A stretch of 64,000 bases of DNA, taken from Penicillus capitatus. Its lineage: Eukaryota; Plantae; Chlorophyta. How positions within the stretch are numbered: position 1 is the stretch's first letter; each line of letters opens with the position of its first letter. This document shows positions 37,725 to 54,509 of this stretch, in pieces. Position numbers and translations under genes: made by a program. The notes under the pieces were generated by a model that was not told the origin of the DNA, did not search any database, and was given only the letters and a program-made list of their open reading frames with translations. The stretch spans positions 248,001-312,000 of the forward strand of contig OZ287703.1 in the NCBI GenBank assembly GCA_965649825.1. Reading direction: 5' to 3'.

Positions 37725-38578
37725 TCATTTCGTTTTCGTCATCTCTTCTGCTTTGCGATACGCGGCGTGGACCGCATTGATCACCGTTCCTCGAAAAGCG
37801 TTGCTCTCGAGTTGTTTGACACCTTCGATCGTGACACCTCCTGGCGATGTGACCATGTCCTTTAGTGGTCCGGGATGCTTTCCAGATTCCAGCACCATCT
37901 TTGCAGAGCCGAGAACTGTCTGCGCTGCGAGCTGAAGCGCGACTTCTCGTGGAAGGCCTGCTAATACCCCACCATCGGACAGGGCTTCGATCATAAGGAA
38001 AACATAGGCTGGGCCACATCCACTGAGCGCAGTGACGGCACTAAAAAGGGTCTCGTCCAATTGGAAGATGCGCCCGACGGATGAAAAGAGTGATCTAATC
38101 ATCTCACCGTCTTCTGCTGTTGCCTAGACCACTTGCTCTTGATAACGTGTGCGTCGCCACAGCTGTTTACTTTTCCTCCGAGGCACATTGCAGCTGCCGT
38201 CTCAGCAACGAGGCATGGTGTGTTGGGCATCACCCTGATGACCTTCGCTTCATTGCCAAGATGCGAAATTAGATAGTCGAGCGTAATCCCAGCAGCAATG
38301 GAGATGATAACGTGTTCAGGCTGTAGAACGGGGCGGATTTCTACCAACACGTTGCCGACGTACTGAGGTTTGACGGCGATGAAAACGAGCTGACTGCTCG
38401 ACGCGACTGAGGCGCCACTGTCACAAACGGTGGCTCCCATTTGCTTGAAGACTTTCACTCGATCCGGCGCGGGGTCGCAGCAATATATCCGATCCTTTGT
38501 GACGCCGCCCCGTTTGATGAAACCGACAGCCAGGGCTTCAGCCATCTGACCTGCGCCGACGAAACCGATAGACGCCAT
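37725..38578 (-). CDS. P5CR: Pyrroline-5-carboxylate reductase
   Basis: IGFVGAGQMAEA, VIRVMPNTP, ALSGCGPAYVF, LKDMVTSPGGVT. One intron. Confidence 0.96.
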
Positions 38579-39167
38579 AGAAGCAACGACGTTTTCAAAT
38601 CGGCTGATTGTCAATCTAACCCGCTAGAAAAGCGCAAACGCAGAAAGAACCGACAACCATGAAATTGAAGAGACGATCTGCGCAACAAAATCCCTGACGA
38701 TGCTCTTTTTCTTTTTTGGAAAGCTGGAGAATCGTACAAGCACTCTTCTTCGTCTTCCGATAGTCGTCGTCAGTACTAAGTTTATGTGTTTATGGACGAA
38801 TGCTTACCCTGCATTAGTTTCTGAATTGATACTCTGATCTATAAAGATATTTCGATGTGGAAAAAGAAAACTCGATTTGTGAGACGGGAGACGTCACATA
38901 GAGAAGAAAGCACGATCATCCGCACAGCAGTACACCGACGTCTAAAGCCACCGTGGACATTAGAAACTTCGTTGACACAGGACGTTCCCGTGTAGCACGC
39001 ACACCTTTCTCTTGACACGGCAACCTCTCGATTTCCCTTGTTTGCGGAGACGTCAAATCGAAGTTCTCTAAAAACGAAGACGATTTCGCGACGGCGACCG
39101 TGGCGAACTCTAACGACAAGTCACATCGTCGGCGAAGAGCAAAGCAAGCGACGGCGTCACGATATCG

Positions 39168-42100
39168 ATGCACGTGTCACGCAGCGCTGTTCGCTTTTGG
39201 AAACTCGCCAAGCTCTTTCCAGCCAACACCTCTCGCGGTAGTTCCGTCTCGATCTACGCTGCGCCAAATCTCGAGTTCCACCACGAGCATACCGTCAGGC
39301 AGCTCTCTTCCACCGGATCTGATGAATCCAAAGGCGATGATAAAGATCTTCTGGACTGGAGGAAAACGATCACCGGCGTGATAACCGATTCGCAATTCGA
39401 ACGAGATATGGACGATTTCCTTCTCTCCAAGGTAATGGAAGAGGGTGCTGAGCATAACCGTCTCACCAACAAAGGCCTCTCAACCGAACCCGTTCAAAAG
39501 ACCACCAGTCCAAACAATGAAGATGTGCCAAAAGAGACCAAACAGACACACTCGAAGACGGCTTTGTCGAGTCCTTCCTGGCAATTCTCAAACAAATTTG
39601 GCACAGTCCGATCCAAGATCCCGTCATCTGTGCCCGAACCGAGAAAAGGTGGAGAAGACTTACTCGATGCAATCGCTGAGGAAACGCATCAAAATATTCT
39701 CCGTCTTGGGATGACAGATGTTTCTCAGATTACTGAAAGGGATGCACAGAGCATTGACTTCTTCTTCGGTCCTCAAACGAAAACACCAGTCTACAGTCCC
39801 GACACTCTCGCTCTCAAAGATGACTACAGCGATCTCACGGAGCCAACGAAAGTGGAAAGGACGGATCATGGAGTTCCGTCTGGTATAGGCGGCGGATTCA
39901 GAGTGAGTGTTTACCGTAACATCACAGGCTCGCCAAAGGTCCTGTTCAATACTATGCGCAAACAGATTCTGGAGTCTGTCTCCCAAAGAGTGCAAGATGC
40001 CAGAGATTCACCACACCTGACGTTTATGCAGCAGTTCTTAGATTTGACGAAACCTGGAAAGACAAATGGCTATGAGGATATGCGGTTTCGAGTAAATCAA
40101 ATGTGCGCATCACTGTTGGAAAAATTGCCGAAGCTGTCGCCTGATGAACTGGCACTCGTGAGTCTCGTCTTTGGTAAACTTGGGTACACCAATTCTCTGG
40201 TCTTCTCTTACATCCTTGATGAACTACAAAAGCCTCAGATGCTCTCGTCGATGAAATTGGATGCCTTGTCTAGCACCGTCCTGACGTTGGGCATGTTGCA
40301 GAGCACCGATTCTGAGTTCTTTGGCAATGTCTTGACTGAATTCCGCCACAGATTCCATGCAAGGAACACAGTCGCCATTCCGCCTTACTCCTTTGCCTCT
40401 TTACTTTTGGCATGCTGTTATCTGAAAGCGGTAAACATGGCAGAGAAGCTATGCATTGGACTGCTGGAGATGCTCTGTAAAGACCCTGCCGCGATCTCAT
40501 GGAATGACTTGGCAGTGGCTGTCTATGTTATGGGTCAGCTGAGACTCGTTCAGCCCAATGTTCTGACCATTCTGCACACCAGACTGGCACTGAAAGAGAA
40601 CCTTCAGGATCTGGAGTGCTCCGCGTGCTCTGTCCTCCTCCTAAGCTTGGAGAAGATTCTGCATGTCGTGCATCACCGTCTACATCACCCAATGTGCAAA
40701 GACATCTATTCATTACTGGAAGATCATGTTGCGCAGCTCATTAGTGATGATCAGATCGACGTGACATCCATCCCGGACTTGATACGGAGCTTGAGCTTTC
40801 CTGGGTTGGAACGGGTGGAATGCTATCCGATTCTGGGAAAGCTCCTTCTCAAAGATGGCGCTATCCCTGCAAATCTGTCATTGTGGACGCTGATCTATCG
40901 TTTGATGTCTGGCCATGCAAATCTCATGTATCGAGATCCTGCCATGCTGAAGGCCCTCAACACGCGATTTCATGAAGCCAAATGGGCTCGAATCTCTTGC
41001 TCGACTATTGCACAGTTGCTGCACGTTGGTTATCGGCTGAGGGGCCTCGAAGAGAGTTTGGTTGACAGATTGGTCGAGTTAATGTCCACCACTGCATTCT
41101 GGGATCAAATGTATCGGGCCAAAGATGCTGCCAGAATTGCCTACAGCCTTGCCGGATTCGATAAATTGACACCTCAGATCTTTGAGCATTGCTGGAAGAA
41201 ATGTGCCGCGATACCGTTTTCTCAGTACAATCGGATGAGGCCACAAGAATGTGTGGACACCATGTTTATCGCGCAAGGACTGTTTGATGGTTATCAGCAC
41301 ATCCGGCATCGCTTCTCAGCTTCCGAAGCACGGAAGCACATTTCTCAACAAGGACGCAGAGATCTGTACAATATGATCCGAACGAAGAATTTGGCAGAGT
41401 CTGGACCGCAGACGACATCGCAGAAAGCTGTTGCGGAATACCTGCAGGAGATGGGGGTGCAGCTGACATGCCCAGCTTTGCTGGAAGATGGACTCTATCG
41501 GGCAGATCTGGCGCTTCATGATACAAAGGTCACGCGCCCTTTTGCAGTGCATCGAATCCCCACAGTACATTTCTGTCATTTAGGCCATTGTCTTTGTTCC
41601 GGGCATGAGGGCATACTACACCACTCCGCCTTACGAGATGAATGGAGCAATACTGATCAAAAAGAAATCCTTGGAAGCACTCAAAATTACTGTGAGAGGG
41701 GGACAGTATCTGGTGGAGATCTCTGTAGATATGTCTGTCTGGCTTAGGTTGTCATCATCCGCGAGAAGGAATGGCTGGATACTCCCGCAGCGGAGAAACA
41801 GAACTTTCTGAAACAGCAGTTTGCCATGCAAGGCATATATCTGGATAAGCTGTGTCACAAAGACACCCCGCGACTCTCAGCACGTGCACGGCGCTCTTCA
41901 GAGAATGTCGAATCAGGTTTCTCATTTTCTGTCACTCTGCGACACGCCGTCTCTTTTCTGCAGAGATCCGAAATTGGCTGGATGCGCGGAGCATCGTATT
42001 GAGTCGATTGATGAAGGCTGATCTGAAAGAAATACTGCAGGAGAGGGCATCGATTCTGGAGGAGGAACAGCAAGAGCGCTTTTCGCAGATGGCAGAGATG

Positions 42101-42262
42101 TCTCTTGTAGAGAACAAACTGTTTCCGGCCGAAACGCCAGGCAAGAAAAGAACACTCGCCTCGAAGCGCAAAGGAGATCTGATTAAAGATATCCTCGCAA
42201 TAGAGGTGCATCCATCCATCTCATTTCTGAAAAAGCCTTTGATGGCGATCTCGTGCACATAG
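39168..42262 (+). CDS. Helical-repeat protein with a C-terminal RAP domain (OPR/FASTK-like), probably mitochondrial or plastid
   Basis: Presequence-like start and helical repeats (LSPDELALVSLVFGKLGY; MKLDALSSTVLTLGML). RAP-like SQKAVAEYLQEMG...EDGLYRADLAL...YYTTPPYEMNG...IKKKSLEAL...VVIIREKEW. Confidence 0.8.
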
Positions 42263-42404
42263 GCAGAGAAGCTCTTTGGAGATCGACGGCCGCCGTTACA
42301 GAATCAGGGCCAGCCTAAAACTGCCCTACAGAGTTCATAGTTTTAACGAACACGGCAGTCGAGTCGTATGCAAAACGGCAAATCCTGAAAGGACAGGGGC
42401 ATCT

Positions 42405-43822
42405 CATTTTCCACTACCGAACACAGCTTGATCGCCAAGCTCTTGTCCTTTCATTCCTTCCTCCACCGCTTTTTGAAAGAACGCATCGAGTGTGTCTTTT
42501 CCATAACTGGGCGTCAACGCAGCGCTGTACTCTTGCTTTACTGAGTCCCACACCAACATGCTCTCAGCCGCATAATAGCGGCCGATTCGGGCAAACTCTA
42601 CGGTATCCTGTACAAGACTGCAATCGGGAGATGAGCGTGGGGATGAAGACCGACCTCTAGATTCGGAAAGAACCTCTCTAGGAATTCAAAAACGCCGATG
42701 ATTCCATCCATCAGTCCCAGTGGCACGGCCAGTGTTCTCTCCTTCTTTCCCGCGTGTTTAAAAATCATAGCTGCCTGTTCGAGCGGCGTGACGGCCTCCC
42801 CTGGACCACCGATTGGTAATATCTTGTTTGCCATGGCTTGTTCGGTGACAGCGTCTGCTATAAAAGAAGCCAGATCTGCTTCGCTGATAGGTTTGCAGGC
42901 TGTCAGACGTCCATCGCCAAACATAACAAAGGGACCGCCATTCTTGACAGACTCCACTTGACCACCAAGGCTTTTGAAAAAGGCTGTGGGACGTACAATA
43001 CTGTAGGTCATGTTTTCCGCCGCCTACACAGGATCGTGTGCCGATCGATGCCTTGGTAACCAATCGACCTGCCATCAGAGCAGCTTCGAACTTGAGCTTG
43101 GCACGTTGAAATTCGAGCAAAGGTTTCTGAACGCAGATGGCAGAAAGCAGAACGAAATGGGAAGCACCCTTCTCCTGCGCAACACGCAATGTATGCATAG
43201 TGGCTTCATAGTCGATCAACCAGGAATCACGCTACGCATCACAAGCACCTCTAGCACCTGAGAGACTCAGCTGGCATGAATGCAATGCACTTTGCCCCCT
43301 GTTCGACTGGCAAGACAAGAAACAACGACATCGATAGGTGTGCGGAAAGCTTCTGATTTTAGCGAGTCTATCGATGTGACGTCTCCAAAACGCACATCTG
43401 CTCCTTCAAACGCCTATTGGAAGAGTGATGTAACATGATCATATGTGTGATAGATGTGAGGGAAGCCACTTGGCGTGTTTTCTCTGCACTGGTCTCGCCG
43501 CCGATGCCACTCTTTTCCCGCGCGAAGGCGATCACATGGTATCCCCGTTTAACAAGCTCCTGAACCTGCCCAGTCATTCGTTGGGAAAAGAATACACATT
43601 TCTGCATCGTACAACAAATTTGCCGATGTATCCCGTCGATCCGACGACCAGTACGTTAATGTCTTTCGCCGATCGATTCCGATAGTCTTCTTGGACAGGC
43701 TCGACATACGTTGCCTCACAGGAGGCCTCGATGTTTCGTGGATTGGCAAGGGTTAAGAATTCTGAACACTGACGGACTGACTGACAGGTCGTGAGAGAAA
43801 CCGGACGGCGGCAGGAGTGCAT
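42405..43822 (-). CDS. DVR: 3,8-divinyl protochlorophyllide a 8-vinyl reductase (NADPH type)
   Basis: [78 protein letters not shown] and [13 protein letters not shown]. Multi-exon. Confidence 0.94.
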
Positions 43823-44184
43823 ACATTGGTGGACGTTGCCTTGCTTCGATGGCCGGATGGTTGCCCCTCATATCTTTCGCCCAGTCGTTGTTCGATCGCC
43901 TGCCAGCGTCGCTGTCGTTTCACTTGTGCAGCTATCGATGTTGCATTCGCAGTGATCCGTTGCCAGTGTCCTCGCGAACAACACGCCATCGATCTCGGTT
44001 TCTGACCGTCTTGTCAGACACGCGCGTTAATTGATCGCGACAATGCGCGACAATGACTCAACTGACGAGCGTAACGTAGCAGATGCTGATGAGATAGTCT
44101 AGCTGGTCTGGACGTGATACACAACATTCCTCGCGCATCCTACGTTTGAAGATTCCTCTACCTCTGGTCCAGCTTTGCGTCGGG

Positions 44185-44790
44185 ATGGAGGCAATGACGC
44201 CAGTCGATATGTTCAACTTGTCAAAACGCGAATCTACATTACTCGTTGTCGTTTTCTATCGCGGTGCTTGGTGCCCTTTCTGTACAGGGTGGTTCAAGGA
44301 ATGGCTAAAAATTGAGAATTTCGCGACACGACTGCGAAGTCTAAATGCTGCTTTTCTGGTTGTATCTTCCGAAAATCAGGATGAAGTCGAACGTCTGATG
44401 AAGAAGCTGGGAATGGACACCTTTGACGCAAGAGCCTTCGGAATTGGCGATCCAGAGAATACACTGGCATTGCACTTGCGTCAGGAAGGACTGTTGAATG
44501 TGGCCATCACCGGCGAACCGGGTCCCTACACGATAGGTGGATGCAGCTATCCTCGGGGGATGGTCCAACCCGCTTGCTTAGCTTTGGAAATGCGAGATCA
44601 TCAAGCTCATGTATTGTATTCTTGGGCAACTGTGCCGAAGATGATGAATCTGCACGGAGCCACCGATCGACCATCTCCTCTCAAGATTTGGGATTATGTT
44701 ATGAATGCGATGAAGCCAGATGGCAAGAAAATGAAGAAGCCAAAAGGAAAGACGATGCGATATATCGGAGCACATTTTGGAAAGGGATAG
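44185..44790 (+). CDS. AhpC/TSA-family peroxiredoxin-like redoxin (start may lie upstream)
   Basis: VVVFYRGAWCPFC, GDPENTLA and GMVQPA. The visible ORF has no introns. Confidence 0.8.
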   Translation: MEAMTPVDMFNLSKRESTLLVVVFYRGAWCPFCTGWFKEWLKIENFATRLRSLNAAFLVVSSENQDEVERLMKKLGMDTFDARAFGIGDPENTLALHLRQEGLLNVAITGEPGPYTIGGCSYPRGMVQPACLALEMRDHQAHVLYSWATVPKMMNLHGATDRPSPLKIWDYVMNAMKPDGKKMKKPKGKTMRYIGAHFGKG

Positions 44791-45428
44791 GACACGGTCC
44801 CACATGTATTTTGGCGACGGTTTTGCATGTGGATCTGTCCTGTATAGACACTCAGAAGGGACGGGATTTCATATTTACCGTCTCTATCCTGTAGTAGACA
44901 CACGAGATGTCTGGATTGATGTTTAAGTCACTCATAAAACCGAACGTATTATTTGCAATGTGCTTGCTCTTTTCGACCGCCTTAGATCGAAAGCTTTGCC
45001 TTTCTAAGTCGCTGACATTGTTATGGATTCGACTGTAAAGTTGTTGACGCCATCCGAAGCGTATAAATGATAATGCATCTATCTGATAAACGCGACAAAT
45101 ATCTTCACTAAGAATTGCGTGGTCGACAGTTGTTAACGCGCCCGTTGCCGTTCGATCCCTCCCATCCTAGTGCATCACCCCTGATCGTAACCAAGGCACA
45201 ATCGTCTGGCGCATAACCGTCGATAGAGATGTACTGTACCTTGCGTAGGCAACGTGGCGACGAAACGCTGAGTCTGGTCGTCCGAAGTGACCACCCTCCA
45301 CAACAGCGTCTGTTATTGACTAACTGGCCGTTAAAACGGTTAAGACTTAAGACATCAAATCAAGGACATGACGCGCATTGTTGGTCATACCCCACGTCGA
45401 TCGAAAGCGACAACGCACCGCGATCGAC

Positions 45429-48237
<2,809 letters not shown>

Positions 48238-48548
48238 AGCATTGCTGAATGAACATTTGTGTGCGAAACCGACACTGCAGCTGTCACATCAAGGCAAACG
48301 GGTCGCTCACTCCTTGTCTCCAAGACACCCTTAAGCACTTCGACGCCTGGCGTTCTCGTTCTTCGACATCGCCCTCCTTGGGCGTCAGCGGTTCGTCAAG
48401 GAGCACGTAGTGATGCATTCATTCATGCGTCAGAAGATGGGACGAGCGAGTGCGTTCATATTCGTCATCGACAGATCACGTCGGATGTGACATCTCCACT
48501 TCGGTCGGTTCTCCTCTGTCCTGCTGAGATCTCAAGCTCGGCCTCTTG

Positions 48549-51289
48549 ATGGGCGAGTGCACGACCGTTATGTCACGTGTCTGGCTTCCGCGTTGCGTTT
48601 CGTCGTGCCTGACGACGACGACGCCATCGCGTTCTGCATTCCCGTCTTTGCGTCTCGTCACCCATCGCGCCTTCGCTTTGCCGTCGCGGTGGGGGGATGC
48701 AGCCTCGGTCGATATCTTTTCCGACGACTTCCTTATCGAAACGTCCGAAACTCCCTTCGTTGACGGTAACACCGAAGACTTGCGTCGCACCAAATGGTTG
48801 ATGCGTATCCGCGACGCAGATAGCGACGACGAAGATGGAGCCTTGGAGGCACCAAAGGAAGATGCCTTCGACCAGCAAGGACAAGAAGAAGGGCGACGAG
48901 AGCAGATCACACCATCGATTACGGTAGAATGGCGTCCCCTTATCCCGAACAAACGCATCCGGCATCGCAGCAAGGGACCAGATCCATGGCAGGTCAACGC
49001 GCAACACCACGTCCCAATCCTTGATGTGACGTATGCCTGACAGTAGGAAGGGAGCTTGGAATGGGAGTTACTGCGGGCAGGCATTCCGCATGAAGATGTT
49101 GAAAAGGTCGCGACGGCAGCATCCGCGTGGAGAGTGACACCATTGGGACGTCCTCTTATCGACCGCCGGTCTCACTCTATTTCTCACTCTTTCATTGCTC
49201 ACAGCATACCGTGCAGAAGAAGATCTCGTGTCCAACGCAACATACGGGGCGTGGTCGATCATTTGGAGCACGTCTGTGGAGTGCCGCTCGGTCTTCGAGG
49301 TGTTGCAGAGATTCTGATGAAAACACCGCAGATATTGCTGTGCAAGGTCTCCCACACAGACAAATGGAGCAGCCGTGTCATCGAACTGGCGGCCTTTATC
49401 CATCGATACGGACACTGCAATATCCCCCGAGTACTCCATCAACATCCCTCTCTCACTCAAATTCGCTTGTGTTAGAAATGGGCCGTTTCTCCAACGCTCG
49501 GTCGATGGGTCGAACGTCAACGTTGGATGCACGACATCGGCGAGATCAAGGAAGAGCGTATACAGATTCTCCACGCGCTGGGGTTTTCGTTCAATCCATC
49601 TCGTCTCGTTATGGATCGAGAATGGACGAACTGTTTTGACGCCTTTAAGAACTGGCGGTTGCAAAACGTCGAACTGAATCGCGTTGTGGATGTTGCTGGA
49701 TTGCGATGGTTCGAGGCAGGAGGATGGCCAGCCGCTCGACTGGCTGTCTGGGCGATTCTCCAGAGAGAACTCAGATTCAGGGGCGCCTTACCAGACGATA
49801 TCATCCAGCGACTCGACCACGCGAGATTTGAGTGGAAGGTGGATCCCGGAAATCGTCGACTGAAGGATTGGCTGTCGGGTTTCGGCAAACTGGTGATCGC
49901 TGTCCACAATCACATGTCTGCCGGCAGCAAGAGGTGCATTGAACACAGACATCGCCTTGCTTGTGCGTCATGTGTGCGTTTTCAGCAACATGTCCTATTC
50001 CATGGACGACATCGCGATCCCTGACCGATCGCCGGATTCTCTGTACAAAAGAAAGATGGACATGGATCTGTGGCACGAATCAAACCAGTCTCCATCTCGC
50101 TCCATTCCTGCCATTTCCGCGAAACAGGGGATGCCGAAGGTCCGTCAGCTGAGAGATGTGCCGCTGGCTCCAGAGGTGGAGCAGTGGTTGGAACAACAGC
50201 AGTTTCTGTGGAGACACAATCGGCTGTCCGTGGGACAGGTCTGCCACAGCAGATGATCTAGAATGGTGCTAATGGGAGTGAGATGCTTAGGTGGCACTGT
50301 TCTATGCATTGGGAGTGGATCTGGATTCTTACAGTCGATTCGAATGGGTGCATTGCGCCCATCTGGCTGCCAAATTCGTGAACGACTTCGATATCGATGT
50401 ACCGTCAGAGATCGATGATCCGATGCTCATACCGGAACGAAAATCTGGACCACATCTGCTCATCATGCCCAAAGATATCGTATCTGTCTCCAGAGGCGGA
50501 GACATCGTGGAGCGCGTGGAATTGGAAGCCTTTCGAGCCATGAAGAACGAGGTCGATGTTCTGGAAGCAGAGCCCGAGACGCTAGCCACCGTGGAACTGC
50601 TCCGTGCAGGTGGGAGCTTTGCACTACTCGAAGAGACAACAGAAAATCCACCCTGGCAAAACGCCGAACAAGATCAGCGCATCCGGTCGCCCGTGTGCGA
50701 GTGGATCTCGGCGCAGCAAGCGTTGAACCGAGAACAACGACTGTCCCATCATCAGCTCGAGTACCTAACAGCGCTCGGTCAGCAGCATCTGTCCTCCAAG
50801 TTATCCACAAGGGATGGTGTGTATTTTAGGTCTGGCATGGCTCCTGGATGAAGAGATCGTCAATATGGAGGACGTTTTGTGGCGGAAATATTTCGAGAGG
50901 ATTCAGTCGTCCACGTCACTCGATGCACTTCCTCTCCCTCTGGATGTCTTTCTCTTCTATCAACGTGCCTTGTATCGCATTGGATTTCTGAGTGCTGAAC
51001 GGACGAAGGCGTTGGAATCGATCGGATTCCGTTTCGCCTTTCACGCAAAGACAGAAGACGACAGAGAATGGGATCGACGCCTGTCCTTCTTCTTCAAGCG
51101 AAAAATGCATCCCACACAAGTTCAGGTCATCCACTCCTACCTTTGGGCGCCCTTACCATCCGTGGGATACAGGAGGACACGGTTGACGGTTTTAGAATCT
51201 GGATCTATCGTCAAGAGAAGAGGCTCTCCTCTTTGCCGCCTGTACGAGCCCTGCAGCTCCGGGTGCTCAAAGACGCGTTCACGGTGTGA
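48549..51289 (+). CDS. Organelle-targeted protein with multiple helicase-associated (HA)-like domains
   Basis: Transit-like N-terminus. Repeated HA-like units (KWSSRVIELAAFIHRYGHCNIP...LGRWVERQRW...EERIQILHALGF; WLEQQQFLW; ERTKALESIGF). Many short introns. Confidence 0.72.
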
Positions 51290-51402
51290 TGGATGGATGG
51301 ATGCCTTTCAGATGTTGGTTGATCCAGTTATACCTAACGGCATCGGACATCGATGCTTTTCGTCACAAACGGTGGTCGGTCCACAATGTCACACGATTTT
51401 TT

Positions 51403-52644
51403 TCACTCGATGTTCATCAACTCGATTTCGAATGTCAGATCGGCGTTGGGCGGCACGGCGGGTTCTGCCCCATGCGAACCGTACCCCATCTTGGCAGGCA
51501 CCGTCAGTTTTCGCTTGTCTCCGATCCTCATGTCGTCCAGTCCTTTGTCCAGACCCTTCACCACTTCGCCTTGGCCGTAACAGAAACTGAATCCCGTTCC
51601 TTGGTTCTCGTCAAACATCTTGCCATCTTTCAGCCATCCCTTGTACTTTATCGTCACTTTCTTCCCCGGCAAAACCACCTGGCCCTCTTCGTTACCATAA
51701 GACAGGTTCTCAATCACAAAGCCATTGCTAAAACGACGAATGCGTTTCTTTTTTGGATCCATCTTGGCAGTCTCTGACCCTTGACTTTTCTCGACATGCG
51801 GATTCTCTGGCGGCGGTGTTTCCACTTTCTGCTGCTTCGCCTGTCGCTCAGAGACGCTGGCCATTGCCTGCTTCGCCTCTTTTCGTTGTTTCTTCTTCAG
51901 TTTTCTTTTCTGCGATTTGGACAAGCTGGTCGGCGTCTCGTCCTCTGCTGGCGCCGCCGCCGCCGCCGCCTTTGCTTTCGGTTTGTCTCCATGGAGCTTC
52001 GGAGACTCCACTTCTTCCATCGCCTCCAGTTCCGGCTCCTCCTCGTCATCATCATCCTCGTCATCTTCAGAGCTATCTCACACAAACGTCACATCATCAC
52101 ACCAAGTCGTGTAGGCACCCACGTCTACCTGGTATCATCTCCCTCTTCCGGTATCTCAGCCATCAGTTTATGCATCTTTGCCTTCCGGCCTCCTTTTCTT
52201 CCGTTCATCATCATCGCATTCAATACTGCATCGATCACACACGCGTCCATTTTTGTCGGCAGCCGAATGGATCTTCTCACTTTCCTGTTCTGCCGCCGCT
52301 TGGTCCTCTTCTTCATCGAAATCGAAATCGACGTCTGCCTCATCGTTATCTTCCATCGCCGCCAGGGTACCCGTGATGTGTATATCGCTCGTACCCGTCG
52401 CCTTGAATTCTGTATACTCCGTCAACGGCAGATCGAGCGACATGAAATTGCGTCCTGTCGATTGCAGTGTTCCCAAACTGATCCACACGTCGTCGCTCGT
52501 CTTGAAGGAAAGCGTCGCGTAGTTGATGAGAGACGGACCCTCTGCCAACGCCGCATGCGTCACGTGCCATCCTTCGCCACCAGGAGGCGGAACGAACGGC
52601 GTCGTGGCCGATGATTTGACGATGAGAGAATAGAGTCGCGGCAT
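51403..52644 (-). CDS. Nucleoplasmin-like plus FKBP histone chaperone (FKBP53/Fpr4 type)
   Basis: N-terminal NPL-like beta domain (HVTHAALA...SLGTL...IHITG), acidic and basic linkers, and a C-terminal FKBP (GKKVTIKYKGWL...GQGEVVKGLD...VPPNADLTFEIEL). Confidence 0.9.
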
Positions 52645-52805
52645 CTGTGGAAGGCGCTGCGTTCGTCGAATGAACAGGCGGCGAAGATGGGACTGCCTTT
52701 ACACATTCAAGCAGAGGAATCGGCAACGTCCCATCCAGAACAACGATGACACGACCCTTAAATATCGGAATCATCAACCGTCTGTTATCCCTCCGTCATG
52801 CAAGA

Positions 52806-53898
52806 CTACGAACACTGTTGTTTATTTGCGGTCGTCGTGGTGGTCATGTTCTCCACTTCATTCCTCAAGGCGTCCCTCTCTTTCGTCAGAGAGGACAAAT
52901 AATGCTCGGCATTTTGGACATGTTCCATGAGAGCCTAGACGGAGACATGATAGAAAGAGTGAGATGATGCGATGGATGTGTGAGATGGTTGGACTTGGCT
53001 TTCGGATTCTAAGACCCGAGTGTCCTGCTCGATCGATTCGATGTCGTTTTCCAATTTCTCCTTCTCCCTTCCGCACAGCAGCATCTGGATCATGAGCGTA
53101 TCGTGCTGAAGCTGCAGCGATTCGACATGTCTCTTCTGCTTCTGTTTGGAACGGGCGGCGCTTTGACGATTGGCCACGATGCGTTTTGCCTTGCGGGGAT
53201 CCATGTTGGGATCCAGTCTGGGATCCTTGGCCGGTTGCCGTCCACCTTTGCCCTTTTTCTTGTTCGGCCGGAACAGCAACATGGCTTGAAGGCATTCAAT
53301 CCCCGAGAGTTCTTTGACGATTTTTTCGAATGTCGCTAACGGCAATGTGCCGTCGGAGTTGAGCGATGCTGTCAGTCGATCCAATGCTGCCGACAGGGCC
53401 GACGGCCGATCCTTTCTCTCGGCACTGCTGACATCTATACCCACACGGCATGACGTCGCATCCACGATCAAACGAACACATTTCTCACACATTTGACAGA
53501 AGCCGGCGAGAAGCTGCGGCTGTGTGTGCTTGAATCGAGGCTTGTATGGGAGTAGACGCGTGTTGGGTATGGCGAAGTCGGTTGGCCTTTCATCGACTCC
53601 TATCGCCATCATCCCAATCTCACTCAATCACTCTCACTCTTTCTATCCATCCGATCGCACGCACCTTCATTCGGGCTTCAGGAAGCGGTGTCCTCGGTAC
53701 GGACGCTAGATGGTGTTGGGCAAGGCTTGTGGTATCGGCTAAAGCATTCTGGTCACCATCTGCACTCGTTCGTTTCGTCGTCATATGTTTGAGAATGTCT
53801 TCAGGTTCCGTAAATATTGTCTCCGTCACATACTTCTGCTCTTTGGTAGAGAGGACTCCAAGGAAGGCAGGATCGAACAGAAACTCGCTCTCGTCCAT
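52806..53898 (-). CDS. bZIP transcription factor (group I, VIP1/RF2-like)
   Basis: DPRKAKRIVANRQSAARSK followed by a leucine zipper. Three exons. Confidence 0.88.
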
Positions 53899-54509
53899 TT
53901 CTACAGCAAATAGTGATAAGACAGAAATGCTAAACTGTCGAGTCAACGACCCCCAGACCGACGAAACGCCGCGAAGGGAAAGCCGACGCCGAAGGTACGG
54001 GGCGAAACGCTGAGCTGTGTTGAGAAATGCACGAAGGAGAATGCGTTCGGTTGATGACGTGCGTTTAGACAACGTGTGCGGTGCAGCTCGCCGTCGACAG
54101 AAATGCGAAAGTGTCTGAACGTCGCGAAGGCGTAACAACGTCTTTCCTCACTTGCGTTTTATCGAACGTCGTTCCTTATATGGAAACGTACTTCGTTGGA
54201 TATTCAGAGAAGAAGCTTGACAGAATCTCCCCAACGACGCCGACGCTGCCGCACGCGTCTGCCGCATTAAATGCATCGATTAAGGCGCACGGAGATGACG
54301 GCCACGACGCAATCGAAACCCCAAATTCAGATCATCGTCACGGTCAACAAACAATGCTCATGATGAAAGGGTGGATGTTAAGATCGTGGCCGGCAGGTCC
54401 TGCCAAAGTTTCGTGTTAAAAATCACATAGGCTTTCTCTATGACGTCCGCGATCGGCAGAAAATCTCTGTCGTTGTTGGATCCATAGAGGCGTCAGGCAT
54501 CCATGCTGT

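Noticed and set aside
44185-44790. Intronless AhpC/TSA-like gene as a horizontal transfer candidate
   Set aside because: Composition matches its neighbours, the family also occurs in eukaryotes, and a 5' intron cannot be excluded. A phylogeny would be needed.
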